A stretch of DNA of 64,000 nt from Candidatus Fervidifonticultor sextus (GTDB taxonomy: Bacteria; Sysuimicrobiota; Sysuimicrobiia; Sysuimicrobiales; Humicultoraceae): the NCBI GenBank assembly GCA_031459875.1, contig JAVKHQ010000003.1, positions 32,001 through 96,000 on the forward strand. Direction: 5' to 3'. Each line of letters starts with the position of its first letter. The stretch's first letter is position 1. The notes under the pieces were generated by a model. That model saw only the letters and a list, made by a program, of their open reading frames with translations, had not been told where the DNA came from and did not search any database. The position numbers were made by a program, and so were the translations under genes. Shown piece by piece: positions 16,795 to 25,932 of this stretch.

Positions 16795-17812
16795 GGGCGG
16801 TCCCCCCATCCGACGGCCGCAGTCCGGGCCCGGTGCGGTAGAGCGCCCGGCGGGCCGCCTCCACGATGTCCTCGGCGTGGGGGAGCGCCAGCAGTTCCAG
16901 GTTGCGCGCGTAGGGCATGGGGACATCGGCGCCGGTGACGCGTTCCACCGGTGCGTCCAGCAGGTCGAAGGCCCCTTCCGTGATGGATGCGGCGATCTCG
17001 GCGGCGGCGCCGTAGGGGCGCCACTGTTCCTGCACGACCACCGCGCGGTGCGTGCGGCGGGCCGACTCCACCAGGGTCCGCGTGTCCAGCGGCCGCAGCG
17101 TCCGCGGATTGATGACCTCGGCCTCGATGCCGTCGTCCCGGGCCAGACGATCGGCCGCCTCCAGGGCCACTCCCAGCATGCGGCTGAAGGCCACGATGGT
17201 CACGTCGCGGCCCCGCCGCACGATCTCGGCCTGGCCGAACGGCAGCGCGAACTCCCCGTCGGGCACCTCTCCCTTCTGGCTGTAGAGGGCGGCGTGCTCG
17301 AGGAAGATCACCGGGTCCCTCCCGCGCATCGCCGTGCGCAGGAGCCCCTTGGCCTCCGCGGGCGTGGCGGGCACGGCCACCTTGAGGCCGGGCACATGGG
17401 CGTAGAACGCCTCGACGCTCTGCGAATGCTGGGCCGACAGTTGCACGCCGGCGCCGTTGGGGCCCCGGATCACCAGGGGCACGTCCACCTGGCCGCCGGA
17501 GAAGTACCGGACCTTGGCCGCGTTGTTGACGATCTGGTCGAAGGCCAGCAGCGAGAAATTCCAGGTCATCACCTCGACGACCGGCCGCAGGCCCAGCATG
17601 GCCATGCCGATGGCCGCGCCCACGAAGCCCAACTCCGAGATGGGGGTGTCGATCACACGCCGGGGCCCGTAGCGGGCAAGCAGGTCCGCGGTCACGCGGA
17701 AGGTCCCCTGGTACTGGCCGATGTCCTCGCCCAGCAGGACCACCGAAGGATCGCGGTCCATCTCCTCGATGAGCGTGGAGCGGATCGCGTCGCGGTAGGA
17801 AAGCTCGGCCAT
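16787..17812 (-). CDS. pdhB: Pyruvate dehydrogenase E1 beta subunit
   Basis: DTPISELGF, SAQHSQS, DVPMPYA. Confidence 0.92.
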   Translation of the reverse strand: MAELSYRDAIRSTLIEEMDRDPSVVLLGEDIGQYQGTFRVTADLLARYGPRRVIDTPISELGFVGAAIGMAMLGLRPVVEVMTWNFSLLAFDQIVNNAAKVRYFSGGQVDVPLVIRGPNGAGVQLSAQHSQSVEAFYAHVPGLKVAVPATPAEAKGLLRTAMRGRDPVIFLEHAALYSQKGEVPDGEFALPFGQAEIVRRGRDVTIVAFSRMLGVALEAADRLARDDGIEAEVINPRTLRPLDTRTLVESARRTHRAVVVQEQWRPYGAAAEIAASITEGAFDLLDAPVERVTGADVPMPYARNLELLALPHAEDIVEAARRALYRTGPGLRPSDGGTARA

Positions 17813-17814
17813 CC

Positions 17815-18876
17815 CTATGGCTCGTCCGCGTACACGTCGGTGTAGAGCGCCTCTGGCGGCGGCGGGTCGCTCCGCTCGGCGAACTCCACTGCCTCCTGCA
17901 CGACCTGCTCGGCTTCTTCGTGGATCGTCGCGACCTTGGCATCGTCCAGCAGCCCGGCTTCGCGCAGGCGGCGCTCGAGCAGCACGATCGGGTCCCTAAG
18001 ACGCACCCGCTCGACTTCTTCCTTCGTGCGGTAGGGCTGGAAGACGTCCGCGGCGCCGTGGCCCGAGAACCGGTAGGTCACCGCCTCCACCGCCCGGGGC
18101 CGCCCGCTGGCGCGCACCTCTGCGATCACCCGGGCGGCGGCCTGCCGGACGGCAACGAAGTCCATCCCGTCGAGCCGCTCGGCGGGGATCGCGTACTGGG
18201 CGAAGCGCGAGGCCAGGTCGGTCACGGCCGATGACCGGGCCACGGAGGTGCCCATCGCGTACTCGTTGTTCTCGACGACGACGACCAGCGGACACAGCCC
18301 CTCGGCCCCCCACAGGCCGGCCATGTTGAGGGCCTCGTGGAAGGCGCCGCCGTTCATCGCACCGTCGCCCATGAAGCACAGGCAGACCCGATCGGTGCCC
18401 TGGTAGCGCACCGCATAGGCCGCGCCCACCGCCAGCGGGATGTGCCCCCCGACGATGCCATAGCCGCCGTAGAACCCGCGGCCGACGTCGAACAGGTGCA
18501 TGGAGCCGCCCTTGCCACGCGCCAGGCCCGTCACCTTGCCGAACAGTTCAGCCATCACCGTACCGGGGGACGCCCCCCGGAAGAGGGCCTGGGCGTGGTC
18601 GCGGTAGGCCGTGAAGAAGATGTCGTCCTCCCGCAGTTCCGCCAGGAATCCCGCCCCGACGGCCTCCTGGCCAGAGTAGACGTGGAGGTAGCCACCAATC
18701 TTGCCCCGTCGGAAGGCGCGCTCGGTCTCTTCTTCGAACCGCCTGGCGATGACCATCTGCCGGTACCAGAAGACGGCCGACGCCAGATCGGCGGGCTGAC
18801 GGGGGCTCGTGGCGACGGCGGGTCCGGAAGACGTCGCGTCCTTCACCGGGTCGGTCTTGGGCGTGCGCTCAACCAT
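17815..18876 (-). CDS. pdhA: Pyruvate dehydrogenase E1 alpha subunit
   Basis: KIGGYLH-GQEA, GKGGSMH, TPP motif GDGA...ENN. Confidence 0.92.
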   Translation of the reverse strand: MVERTPKTDPVKDATSSGPAVATSPRQPADLASAVFWYRQMVIARRFEEETERAFRRGKIGGYLHVYSGQEAVGAGFLAELREDDIFFTAYRDHAQALFRGASPGTVMAELFGKVTGLARGKGGSMHLFDVGRGFYGGYGIVGGHIPLAVGAAYAVRYQGTDRVCLCFMGDGAMNGGAFHEALNMAGLWGAEGLCPLVVVVENNEYAMGTSVARSSAVTDLASRFAQYAIPAERLDGMDFVAVRQAAARVIAEVRASGRPRAVEAVTYRFSGHGAADVFQPYRTKEEVERVRLRDPIVLLERRLREAGLLDDAKVATIHEEAEQVVQEAVEFAERSDPPPPEALYTDVYADEP

Positions 18877-18913
18877 GCCGCTGATCACTCCCCGACTCGG
18901 GCGCACTCCTTTT

Positions 18914-19012
18914 ACTATACCAGATGAGTTCAACGGGCACGCGTGGGGACCCCGCCCTCCCGCGTGTCCGGTCCGTGGCCGATTGCGGGCCGGACGGACG
19001 CCCGGCTATAAT
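18914..19012. promoter_or_regulatory. Divergent sigma70 promoters for pdhA (-) and the deaminase (+)
   Basis: Minus strand TG-g-TATAGT at 18922-18914; plus strand TTGCGG-18 bp-TATAAT at 18983-19012. Confidence 0.55.
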
Positions 19013-19033
19013 GGCACCACACCGGGGACTGTT

Positions 19034-20071
19034 GTGGTCGACTCGATTCCATCTTCCTTCATCGACGGGCTCCCGAAGGTCGAACTTCACCTCCATCTGG
19101 AAACGTCGCTGCGTCTGCGCCGCCTCCTGGAGCGAGACGGCCAGAGCGGCCTGTCCCCGGGGCCGGCGCATCTCGTCGCCGATCCCTCCCTGTTCTCCGG
19201 GTACGACCGGCTCCGGCGCCTGCGCTATGCCGGACGGGCCACCCGGATCGCAGACAGCGCCTACTCGCGGGCCAACATCGCCGCGATCACCGCCGAACTC
19301 CTCACCGAGGTCGCCGCGCAGGGGGTCCGGCACGTGGAGATTCGCGTTGGTGGGCGGCGGGGATTCGCGCTGCTCGGCGTCCGAGGCATGCTGGAGGCGA
19401 TGGCGGAGGGCGCGGCCTCGGTGGCGCATCCGGGCCTCAGTTGGGGGTTTGTCATCACGCTGGTCCGCGAGCGGGGCCCGGAAGAGGCCGACCGCCTGGT
19501 GGCCGAAGCGGCGGCCTGCCGGGACTGTGGCATAGTCGGCGTGGACCTGGCGGGCGACGAGGAGAACTATCCGCCGGCGCTCTACGCGGCGGCCATCGGG
19601 CGCGCCCGCGACGCCGGGCTGGGGATTACCGTCCACGCGGGTGAGTTCGCCGGGCCGGCCGGCATCTGGAGCGCCGTCTACCACCTCGGCGCCACGAGGA
19701 TCGGCCACGGCATCCGCGCGGTCGAGGACCCGCACCTGCTGGACCGCCTGCGCACCCGGGGGGTGACGCTGGAACTCTGCCCGACCAGCAACGTCCGGCT
19801 GGGCCTCGTCCCCGGGCTGAACGCGCACCCGATCAAGGCCCTCCTGGCCGCCGGCGTCCCGGTGACGGTGAACAGCGACGACCCGCTGCTGCTGGGGACG
19901 ACGCTGACCCGGGAACTGGACGCCGTGGCCCGCGCGCACCGGCTGGCCCCCGGTGGCGTCGTGGAGCTGTTGGTGGCGGCGGCCAGGGCCGCGTTCCTCC
20001 CCCCTGAGGCGAGGGTGGCCCTGGAACGGCAGATCCACGCGGCCCTGCTGCCGGCGGGAGGGCCGGCGTGA
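19034..20071 (+). CDS. add: Adenosine/adenine deaminase family metallohydrolase
   Basis: LPKVELHLH, DLAGDE, HAGE, RIGHG, ELCPTSN, NSDDP. Confidence 0.85.
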   Translation: MVDSIPSSFIDGLPKVELHLHLETSLRLRRLLERDGQSGLSPGPAHLVADPSLFSGYDRLRRLRYAGRATRIADSAYSRANIAAITAELLTEVAAQGVRHVEIRVGGRRGFALLGVRGMLEAMAEGAASVAHPGLSWGFVITLVRERGPEEADRLVAEAAACRDCGIVGVDLAGDEENYPPALYAAAIGRARDAGLGITVHAGEFAGPAGIWSAVYHLGATRIGHGIRAVEDPHLLDRLRTRGVTLELCPTSNVRLGLVPGLNAHPIKALLAAGVPVTVNSDDPLLLGTTLTRELDAVARAHRLAPGGVVELLVAAARAAFLPPEARVALERQIHAALLPAGGPA

Positions 20072-20083
20072 TGCGCGGGTTCC

Positions 20084-20112
20084 TTGATTTCTTGAGTCAT
20101 TTACTCTAGAAT
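20084..20112 (+). promoter_or_regulatory. suf promoter with an overlapping IscR/Rrf2-like operator
   Basis: TTGATT-17 bp-TAGAAT; imperfect palindrome TTCTTGAGT-N5-ACTCTAGAA. Confidence 0.65.
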
Positions 20113-20177
20113 TGCCCTGGAACATTTCACGCGGCACAGGCCGGCGGGCCGGCCGCGGCACGGTTCGGAGGCGGTGG

Positions 20178-21008
20178 ATGGCAGACCTGGAAATCCGAGA
20201 TCTCCACGTGCAGGTTGAGGACAAGGTCATCCTCAAGGGGGTCAACCTGCAGCTCTCCAGGGGAGAGATTCATGCCGTCATGGGACCCAACGGGTCGGGC
20301 AAGAGCACGCTGGCCAACGTGCTCATGGGGAACCCCTTCTATCAGGTGGCGAGGGGGGACGTCCTCTACAAGGGAGAGGACCTGCTGGCCATGACGCCGG
20401 ACGAGCGGGCGCGCAAGGGTCTGTTTATCGCCTTCCAGTATCCGGTGAGCATCCCCGGCGTGACCATGGCCAGCTTCCTGCGCACCGCGGTGTCGGCGCG
20501 CCGCGGCTACGAGCACGAGCTCATGCCGGCGGGCGAGTTCCAGAAGCTGCTGCGCGCGAAGATCGAGGCCCTCAAGATCGATCCGTCGATCGCCGGCCGG
20601 TACGTGAACGAGGGGTTCTCCGGCGGCGAGAAGAAGCGGGCCGAGATCCTTCAGATGGCGCTGTTGGAGCCCGAGATCGCCATCATGGACGAAACCGACT
20701 CCGGGCTGGACATCGACTCGGTCAAGATCGTGGCCGACGGCATCATGGACATGTTCACGGAGGCCAGGGGTCAGATGGGCGTGATGGTCATCACCCACTA
20801 CTCGCGCATCCTGCAGTTCCTGCGGCCCCACCATGTGCACATCATGTACGACGGACGGATCGTCGTCTCGGGCGGCCCCGAACTGGCCGAGGAACTGGAG
20901 CAGCACGGATACGAGGGGATCAGGCGGCAGTTTGAGGTCATTGCCGCCGAAGTCGAGGCCTCGGGCGCGGTCCGGCGGGCCGGCAAGGTCTTCTGGGTCG
21001 TGCACTGA
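20178..21008 (+). CDS. sufC: Fe-S assembly ATPase SufC
   Basis: GPNGSGKST, AFQYP, NEGFSGGEKKR, DETDSGLD. Confidence 0.96.
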   Translation: MADLEIRDLHVQVEDKVILKGVNLQLSRGEIHAVMGPNGSGKSTLANVLMGNPFYQVARGDVLYKGEDLLAMTPDERARKGLFIAFQYPVSIPGVTMASFLRTAVSARRGYEHELMPAGEFQKLLRAKIEALKIDPSIAGRYVNEGFSGGEKKRAEILQMALLEPEIAIMDETDSGLDIDSVKIVADGIMDMFTEARGQMGVMVITHYSRILQFLRPHHVHIMYDGRIVVSGGPELAEELEQHGYEGIRRQFEVIAAEVEASGAVRRAGKVFWVVH

Positions 21009-21038
21009 AGAGGCCCACATCGGGCTAGGGGAGCGAGC

Positions 21039-22445
21039 ATGGCGACGACGAGTCCGCTGGGCATCGATCTCGACCACTACAAGTGGGGGTTCCGCGACCC
21101 CGAGCGCTACGTGTTCAAGGCCCGCAAAGGCCTGGATCGGGAGATCGTGGAGGAGATCTCCCACATGAAGAGCGAGCCCGACTGGATGCGGGCGATCCGC
21201 CTCCATGCGCTGGAGCATTTCCTGAAGCGGCCCACCCCGAAGTGGGGCGCCAACCTGGATCAGATCGACTTCAACGACATCTACTACTACCTCAAACCTA
21301 CCGACGGGAAGGGGCGCACCTGGGACGACGTGCCTGCAGACATCAAGCGCACCTTCGACCGCCTGGGCATCCCCGAGGCCGAGAAGAAGTTCCTGGCGGG
21401 GGTGGGGGCGCAGTACGAGAGCGAGAGCGTCTACCACAACCTCAAGGAGGAATGGGAGCGGCTCGGGGTCATCTTCCTGGACACGGACTCGGCCCTGCGG
21501 GAGCACCCCGACATCGTGCGGGAGTACTTCGGCACGGTGGTGCCGCCGGAGGACAACAAGCTCGCCGCGCTCAATACCGCCGTCTGGTCCGGGGGTTCCT
21601 TCGTCTACGTCCCCGAGGGCGTGAAGGTCGACATCCCGCTGCAGGCGTACTTCCGCATCAACGCCGAGAAGGCCGGCCAGTTCGAGCGGACGCTGATCAT
21701 CTGCGAGCCCGGCTCCTACGTCCACTACGTGGAGGGGTGCACGGCGCCCATCTACACCACCGACTCGCTGCACTCCGCGGTGGTGGAGATCATCGTGAAG
21801 GAGGGCGCCCGCTGCCGGTACACGACGATCCAGAACTGGTCCAAGAACGTCTACAACCTGGTGACCAAGCGGGCGGTGGCCTACCGGGACGCGACTATGG
21901 AGTGGGTGGACGGGAATCTGGGCTCGAAGGTCACCATGAAGTACCCCAGCGTCTACATGGTCGAGCCCGGCGCCAGGGCCGAGATCCTCTCGGTGGCGTT
22001 CGCCGGCGCTGGCCAGCACCAGGACCCGGGGGGCAAGGTCATCCACGCCGCGCCCTACACCCAGTCCAGCGTGGTGAGCAAGTCCATCGCCAAGGACGGC
22101 GGCCGGGCGGGGTACCGCGGGCTGGTGAAGGTCTACCCGGGCGCCCGGGGCAGCCGGTGCGCCGTGCGGTGCGACGCCTTGATTCTGGATGAACGCAGCC
22201 GTTCCGACACCTATCCCTACATGGAGATCGACGAGCAGGACGTCTCCATCACCCATGAGGCCACGGTGTCCAAGGTCTCCGACGAGCAGCTCTTCTACCT
22301 GATGAGCCGTGGCATCAAGGAAGACGAAGCGATGAACATGATCGTCCGCGGCTTCATCGAGCCCATCGTCAAGGAACTGCCACTGGAGTACGCGGTGGAG
22401 CTCAACCGGCTCATCGCCCTCGAGATGGAGGGCTCCGTCGGCTGA
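21039..22445 (+). CDS. sufB: Fe-S assembly protein SufB
   Basis: [39 protein letters not shown]. Confidence 0.97.
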   Translation: MATTSPLGIDLDHYKWGFRDPERYVFKARKGLDREIVEEISHMKSEPDWMRAIRLHALEHFLKRPTPKWGANLDQIDFNDIYYYLKPTDGKGRTWDDVPADIKRTFDRLGIPEAEKKFLAGVGAQYESESVYHNLKEEWERLGVIFLDTDSALREHPDIVREYFGTVVPPEDNKLAALNTAVWSGGSFVYVPEGVKVDIPLQAYFRINAEKAGQFERTLIICEPGSYVHYVEGCTAPIYTTDSLHSAVVEIIVKEGARCRYTTIQNWSKNVYNLVTKRAVAYRDATMEWVDGNLGSKVTMKYPSVYMVEPGARAEILSVAFAGAGQHQDPGGKVIHAAPYTQSSVVSKSIAKDGGRAGYRGLVKVYPGARGSRCAVRCDALILDERSRSDTYPYMEIDEQDVSITHEATVSKVSDEQLFYLMSRGIKEDEAMNMIVRGFIEPIVKELPLEYAVELNRLIALEMEGSVG

Positions 22446-22459
22446 AGGGCCAGGGACCC

Positions 22460-23794
22460 GTGGGCCAGCACCTCACAGCGACGGCGGCTCCCCTGGCCTT
22501 CTCCCGCAGCGCCGTCCAGCGCCGGAGCGAGGCGCTGGGCGAGCCGGCCTGGGCCCTCCAGCGGCGTCTGAAGGCCTGGGAGGCCTTCGAGCGCCTGCCG
22601 GCGCCGTCGGTGACCCACCCGGAGGAGTGGCGCCGGACCGACATCAGCGGGCTGGAGCTGGGCATGCTGACCCTGCCCGCCGATGGTCCCGTCGAATCCC
22701 CTCCGGCGTTCTTCGGGCCGGTCGCCCGCGAGGGGGCGGAGCGAGGTGGCCTGCTGACCTTCCTGGACGGCCGGCCGGTCGTCGACGGCGGGCGGCTCGG
22801 GGAGGAGGCCGCGCGGGCAGGCGTGCTCTTCACCGATCTGGCATCAGCGGTCCGGGCAGAGCCCGACCTGGTGCGGGACCACCTCTTCAGCCTGGCTCCT
22901 CCGGACGAGCACCGCTTCCGCGCGCTGCATGCGGCGCTGTACTCAGGCGGGACCTTCCTCTATGTGCCGCGCGGCGTGGAGGTCGCGCTCCCGCTGGTTA
23001 CCCAGGCGTGGCTCGGGACGCCCGCGGGCGCCGTCTTCCCGCACACCCTGGTCGTTGCCGACGAGGGCAGCGCGGTGACCCTGGTCGAACTGTTCGGGTC
23101 GTACCCTGAGGGCCCACGCGCGCTGGCCTCCGGCGTCGTCGAGTTGTTCCTCCGCGACGGGGCGCAGGTCCGGTACATGCTGGTGCAGGAGTGGGGCGCT
23201 CCCGTCTGGGAGGTCGGCAGCCTGATCCGCGCGCGACTGGGCCGCGATGCCTCCCTGCGCAGCCTGGTGGCGGCGCTGGGGGGCGGGCTGGTCAAGCTCG
23301 ACGTGGAGTCTCACCTGGAGGGCCCGGGCGCATCGTCGGAGATGCTGGGTCTGTACTTCGGGGCTGACCGCCAGCACATCGACGTCCACACGTTGCAGGA
23401 GCATCGGGCGCCGCACACCACCAGCGACCTCCTCTACCGGGGCGCCGTGAAGGATGCGGCGCGGTCGGTGTTCGCCGGGCTGATCCGCGTCCACCACGGC
23501 GCCCAGAAGACCAACGCCTTCCAGGCCAACCGCAACCTGATCCTCTCCGAGGGCGCGCGGGCGGACTCCATCCCCAAACTGGAGATCATGGCCAACGACC
23601 TGCGCTGCACCCACGGCTCGGCGACCAGCCGCCTGGACGAGGAGCACATCTTCTACCTCATGAGCCGGGGGCTGACCCGCCAGCAGGCCACGTTCATGAT
23701 CGTCGAGGGGTTCTTCGCCGACCTCTTCGATCGGACCCCGATCCCGCGGCTCCGCGGGTACCTGCAGGCGCGGGTCGCCGAGAAGATGATTTGA
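22460..23794 (+). CDS. sufD: Fe-S assembly protein SufD
   Basis: EEWRRTD, IPKLEIMANDLRCTHGS, FYLMSRG. Confidence 0.95.
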   Translation: MGQHLTATAAPLAFSRSAVQRRSEALGEPAWALQRRLKAWEAFERLPAPSVTHPEEWRRTDISGLELGMLTLPADGPVESPPAFFGPVAREGAERGGLLTFLDGRPVVDGGRLGEEAARAGVLFTDLASAVRAEPDLVRDHLFSLAPPDEHRFRALHAALYSGGTFLYVPRGVEVALPLVTQAWLGTPAGAVFPHTLVVADEGSAVTLVELFGSYPEGPRALASGVVELFLRDGAQVRYMLVQEWGAPVWEVGSLIRARLGRDASLRSLVAALGGGLVKLDVESHLEGPGASSEMLGLYFGADRQHIDVHTLQEHRAPHTTSDLLYRGAVKDAARSVFAGLIRVHHGAQKTNAFQANRNLILSEGARADSIPKLEIMANDLRCTHGSATSRLDEEHIFYLMSRGLTRQQATFMIVEGFFADLFDRTPIPRLRGYLQARVAEKMI

Positions 23795-23795
23795 G

Positions 23796-24140
23796 ATGGG
23801 CGAGTTCACCAAGGTGGCCACCCTCGACCAGGTCCCCCCGGGGACCGCGAAGCAGGTGGTGGTGGACGGCCGCAAGATCGCCATCGTCAACGCCCGGGGC
23901 ACCGTCTATGCCATCGACGACACCTGTACCCATGAGGAGGAGTCGCTGGCCGAGGGTCCTGTGGTCGGCGAGATCATCGTCTGCCCCAAGCACGGCTCGC
24001 GCTTCCACGTCCCGACCGGCCGGGTCCTCTCCCTGCCGGCGGTCCGGCCGGTCAACACGTATCCGGTGAAGGTCGTCGGCGACGACATCCTGCTGCTGCC
24101 GGAACCCAGGCCGGGCCAGGGGATGCCGCACAAACGCTAG
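23796..24140 (+). CDS. Rieske-type [2Fe-2S] ferredoxin (suf-associated)
   Basis: CTH...CPKH motifs. Confidence 0.9.
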   Translation: MGEFTKVATLDQVPPGTAKQVVVDGRKIAIVNARGTVYAIDDTCTHEEESLAEGPVVGEIIVCPKHGSRFHVPTGRVLSLPAVRPVNTYPVKVVGDDILLLPEPRPGQGMPHKR

Positions 24141-24151
24141 GAGGAGCCACG

Positions 24152-25405
24152 ATGACGTTGGGCGAGCGGGTCCGCGGAGATTTCCCCCTGCTGCAGCGTC
24201 CCATGAACGGGAAGCGGCTGGTCTACCTCGACAGCGCGGTGACCTCGCAGAAGCCCCGGGAGGTCATCGACGCGCTCCGACACTACTACGAGACGTACAA
24301 CGCCAACATCCACCGCGGAATCTACCGCATCGCCGAGGAAGCCACCGCGCGGTTCGAGGAAGCCCGGGCGAAGGTCGCGGCCTTCCTGGGCGCCGCCCGG
24401 CCGGAGGAGATCGTCTTCACCCGCGGGACCACCGAGGCCCTCAACCTGGTGGCGGCGACCTGGGGCCGCACGCGCGTGGGGCCCGGGGACGAGATCCTGC
24501 TCACCGAGATGGAACACCACAGCAACATCGTCCCCTGGCAGCTGGTCGCGGCCGAGCGTGGCGCCGCCCTCCGGTACATCCCGGTGACCGACGAGGGCCG
24601 GCTGGACCTGGCGGCCCTCGACCGGCTGCTCACGGAGCGGACGAAGATCGTCGCGCTGACCCACCAGTCCAACGTGCTCGGCACCGTCAACCCGGTCCGC
24701 CTCATCGCCGACCGGGCCCACGCGGTGGGCGCCCACGTGGTCGTGGACGCCGCGCAGAGCGTGCCCCATCAGCCCGTCAACGTGGGGGCGCTGGGCGCCG
24801 ACTTCCTGGCGTTCTCGGGGCACAAGATGCTGGGCCCCACCGGCACCGGCGGGCTGTGGGCCCGCTACGACCTGCTGGAGGCGATGCCGCCCTACCACGG
24901 CGGCGGCGAGATGATCGTGCTGGTGGAACTCGACCGCTCCACCTACAAAGACCCGCCGCACAAGTTCGAGGCCGGGACGCCCAACATCGCCGACGAGATT
25001 GTGCTGGGGGTCGCGGTGGACTACCTGCGCCGGATCGGGATGGAGGCCATCGCCGCCTACGAGCACGAGTTGACCGCCTACGCCCTGGAGCGGCTGCGGG
25101 AGGTCCCGGGCCTGCGCATCATCGGTCCGCAGGTGGCCGCGGATCGGGGCGGAGCGATCAGCTTCACGATGGACGTCGCGCACCCCCACGACATCGCCCA
25201 GGTCCTCGATCAGGAGGGCATTGCGGTCCGGGCCGGGCACCACTGCGCCCAGCCGCTGCACCGACGGTTCGGGGTTGCCGCCACGGCGCGCGCGAGCGTC
25301 TACCTCTACAATACGCGTGAGGATATCGACGCGCTGGTGGAGGGGTTGCACGGGGTCCGGCGCCTGTTTGTCCGCTCACCTCACCCGGTCGCAGACCCCG
25401 GCTAG
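24152..25405 (+). CDS. sufS: Cysteine desulfurase SufS
   Basis: YLDSAVTSQKP, EHHSN, SGHKMLGP, RAGHHCA. Confidence 0.96.
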   Translation: MTLGERVRGDFPLLQRPMNGKRLVYLDSAVTSQKPREVIDALRHYYETYNANIHRGIYRIAEEATARFEEARAKVAAFLGAARPEEIVFTRGTTEALNLVAATWGRTRVGPGDEILLTEMEHHSNIVPWQLVAAERGAALRYIPVTDEGRLDLAALDRLLTERTKIVALTHQSNVLGTVNPVRLIADRAHAVGAHVVVDAAQSVPHQPVNVGALGADFLAFSGHKMLGPTGTGGLWARYDLLEAMPPYHGGGEMIVLVELDRSTYKDPPHKFEAGTPNIADEIVLGVAVDYLRRIGMEAIAAYEHELTAYALERLREVPGLRIIGPQVAADRGGAISFTMDVAHPHDIAQVLDQEGIAVRAGHHCAQPLHRRFGVAATARASVYLYNTREDIDALVEGLHGVRRLFVRSPHPVADPG

Positions 25406-25470
25406 CCGCGCCTCCCCGCCCCATCCGGCAGGGGGGCGGGGGCGGCGTCTCGAATCAGGCGGGGACACCG

Positions 25471-25932
25471 ATGGCCCTCGACGACCTCTACCGTGAGGTC
25501 ATTCTCGACCATTACGCCCACCCCCGCAACCGGGGCCGCCTGGAACCCAGTGACATTGCCGTCGAAGGCGCCAATCCCCTCTGCGGCGACGAACTGGCGC
25601 TGTTCGTGCGCCTGGAGGGGGATCGGGTGGGGGACGTGCGCTTCGAAGGCCGCGGCTGTTCCATCAGCCAGGCGTCCGCCTCCATGATGACCGACGCCAT
25701 CAAGGGCAAGACGCTGGAGGAGGTCCGCGCGCTCATCGGGGCCTTCAAGGGCATGATGCACGGCCAGGAGCCTGAGGTCGACCTGGGCGACCTGGTCGCC
25801 CTGCAGGGTGTCCGCCGGTTCCCGGTCCGGATCAAGTGCGCGACCCTGGCGTGGGTGGCCCTGGAGCAAGGCCTGGAGGATCGCCGCGCCGGACGGGCGC
25901 CGTCGGTGGCCAGCACTGAGACCGATGGGTGA
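25471..25932 (+). CDS. sufU: SufU (NifU-family sulfur transfer protein)
   Basis: NPLCGD, GCSISQAS, RIKCATL. Confidence 0.94.
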   Translation: MALDDLYREVILDHYAHPRNRGRLEPSDIAVEGANPLCGDELALFVRLEGDRVGDVRFEGRGCSISQASASMMTDAIKGKTLEEVRALIGAFKGMMHGQEPEVDLGDLVALQGVRRFPVRIKCATLAWVALEQGLEDRRAGRAPSVASTETDG

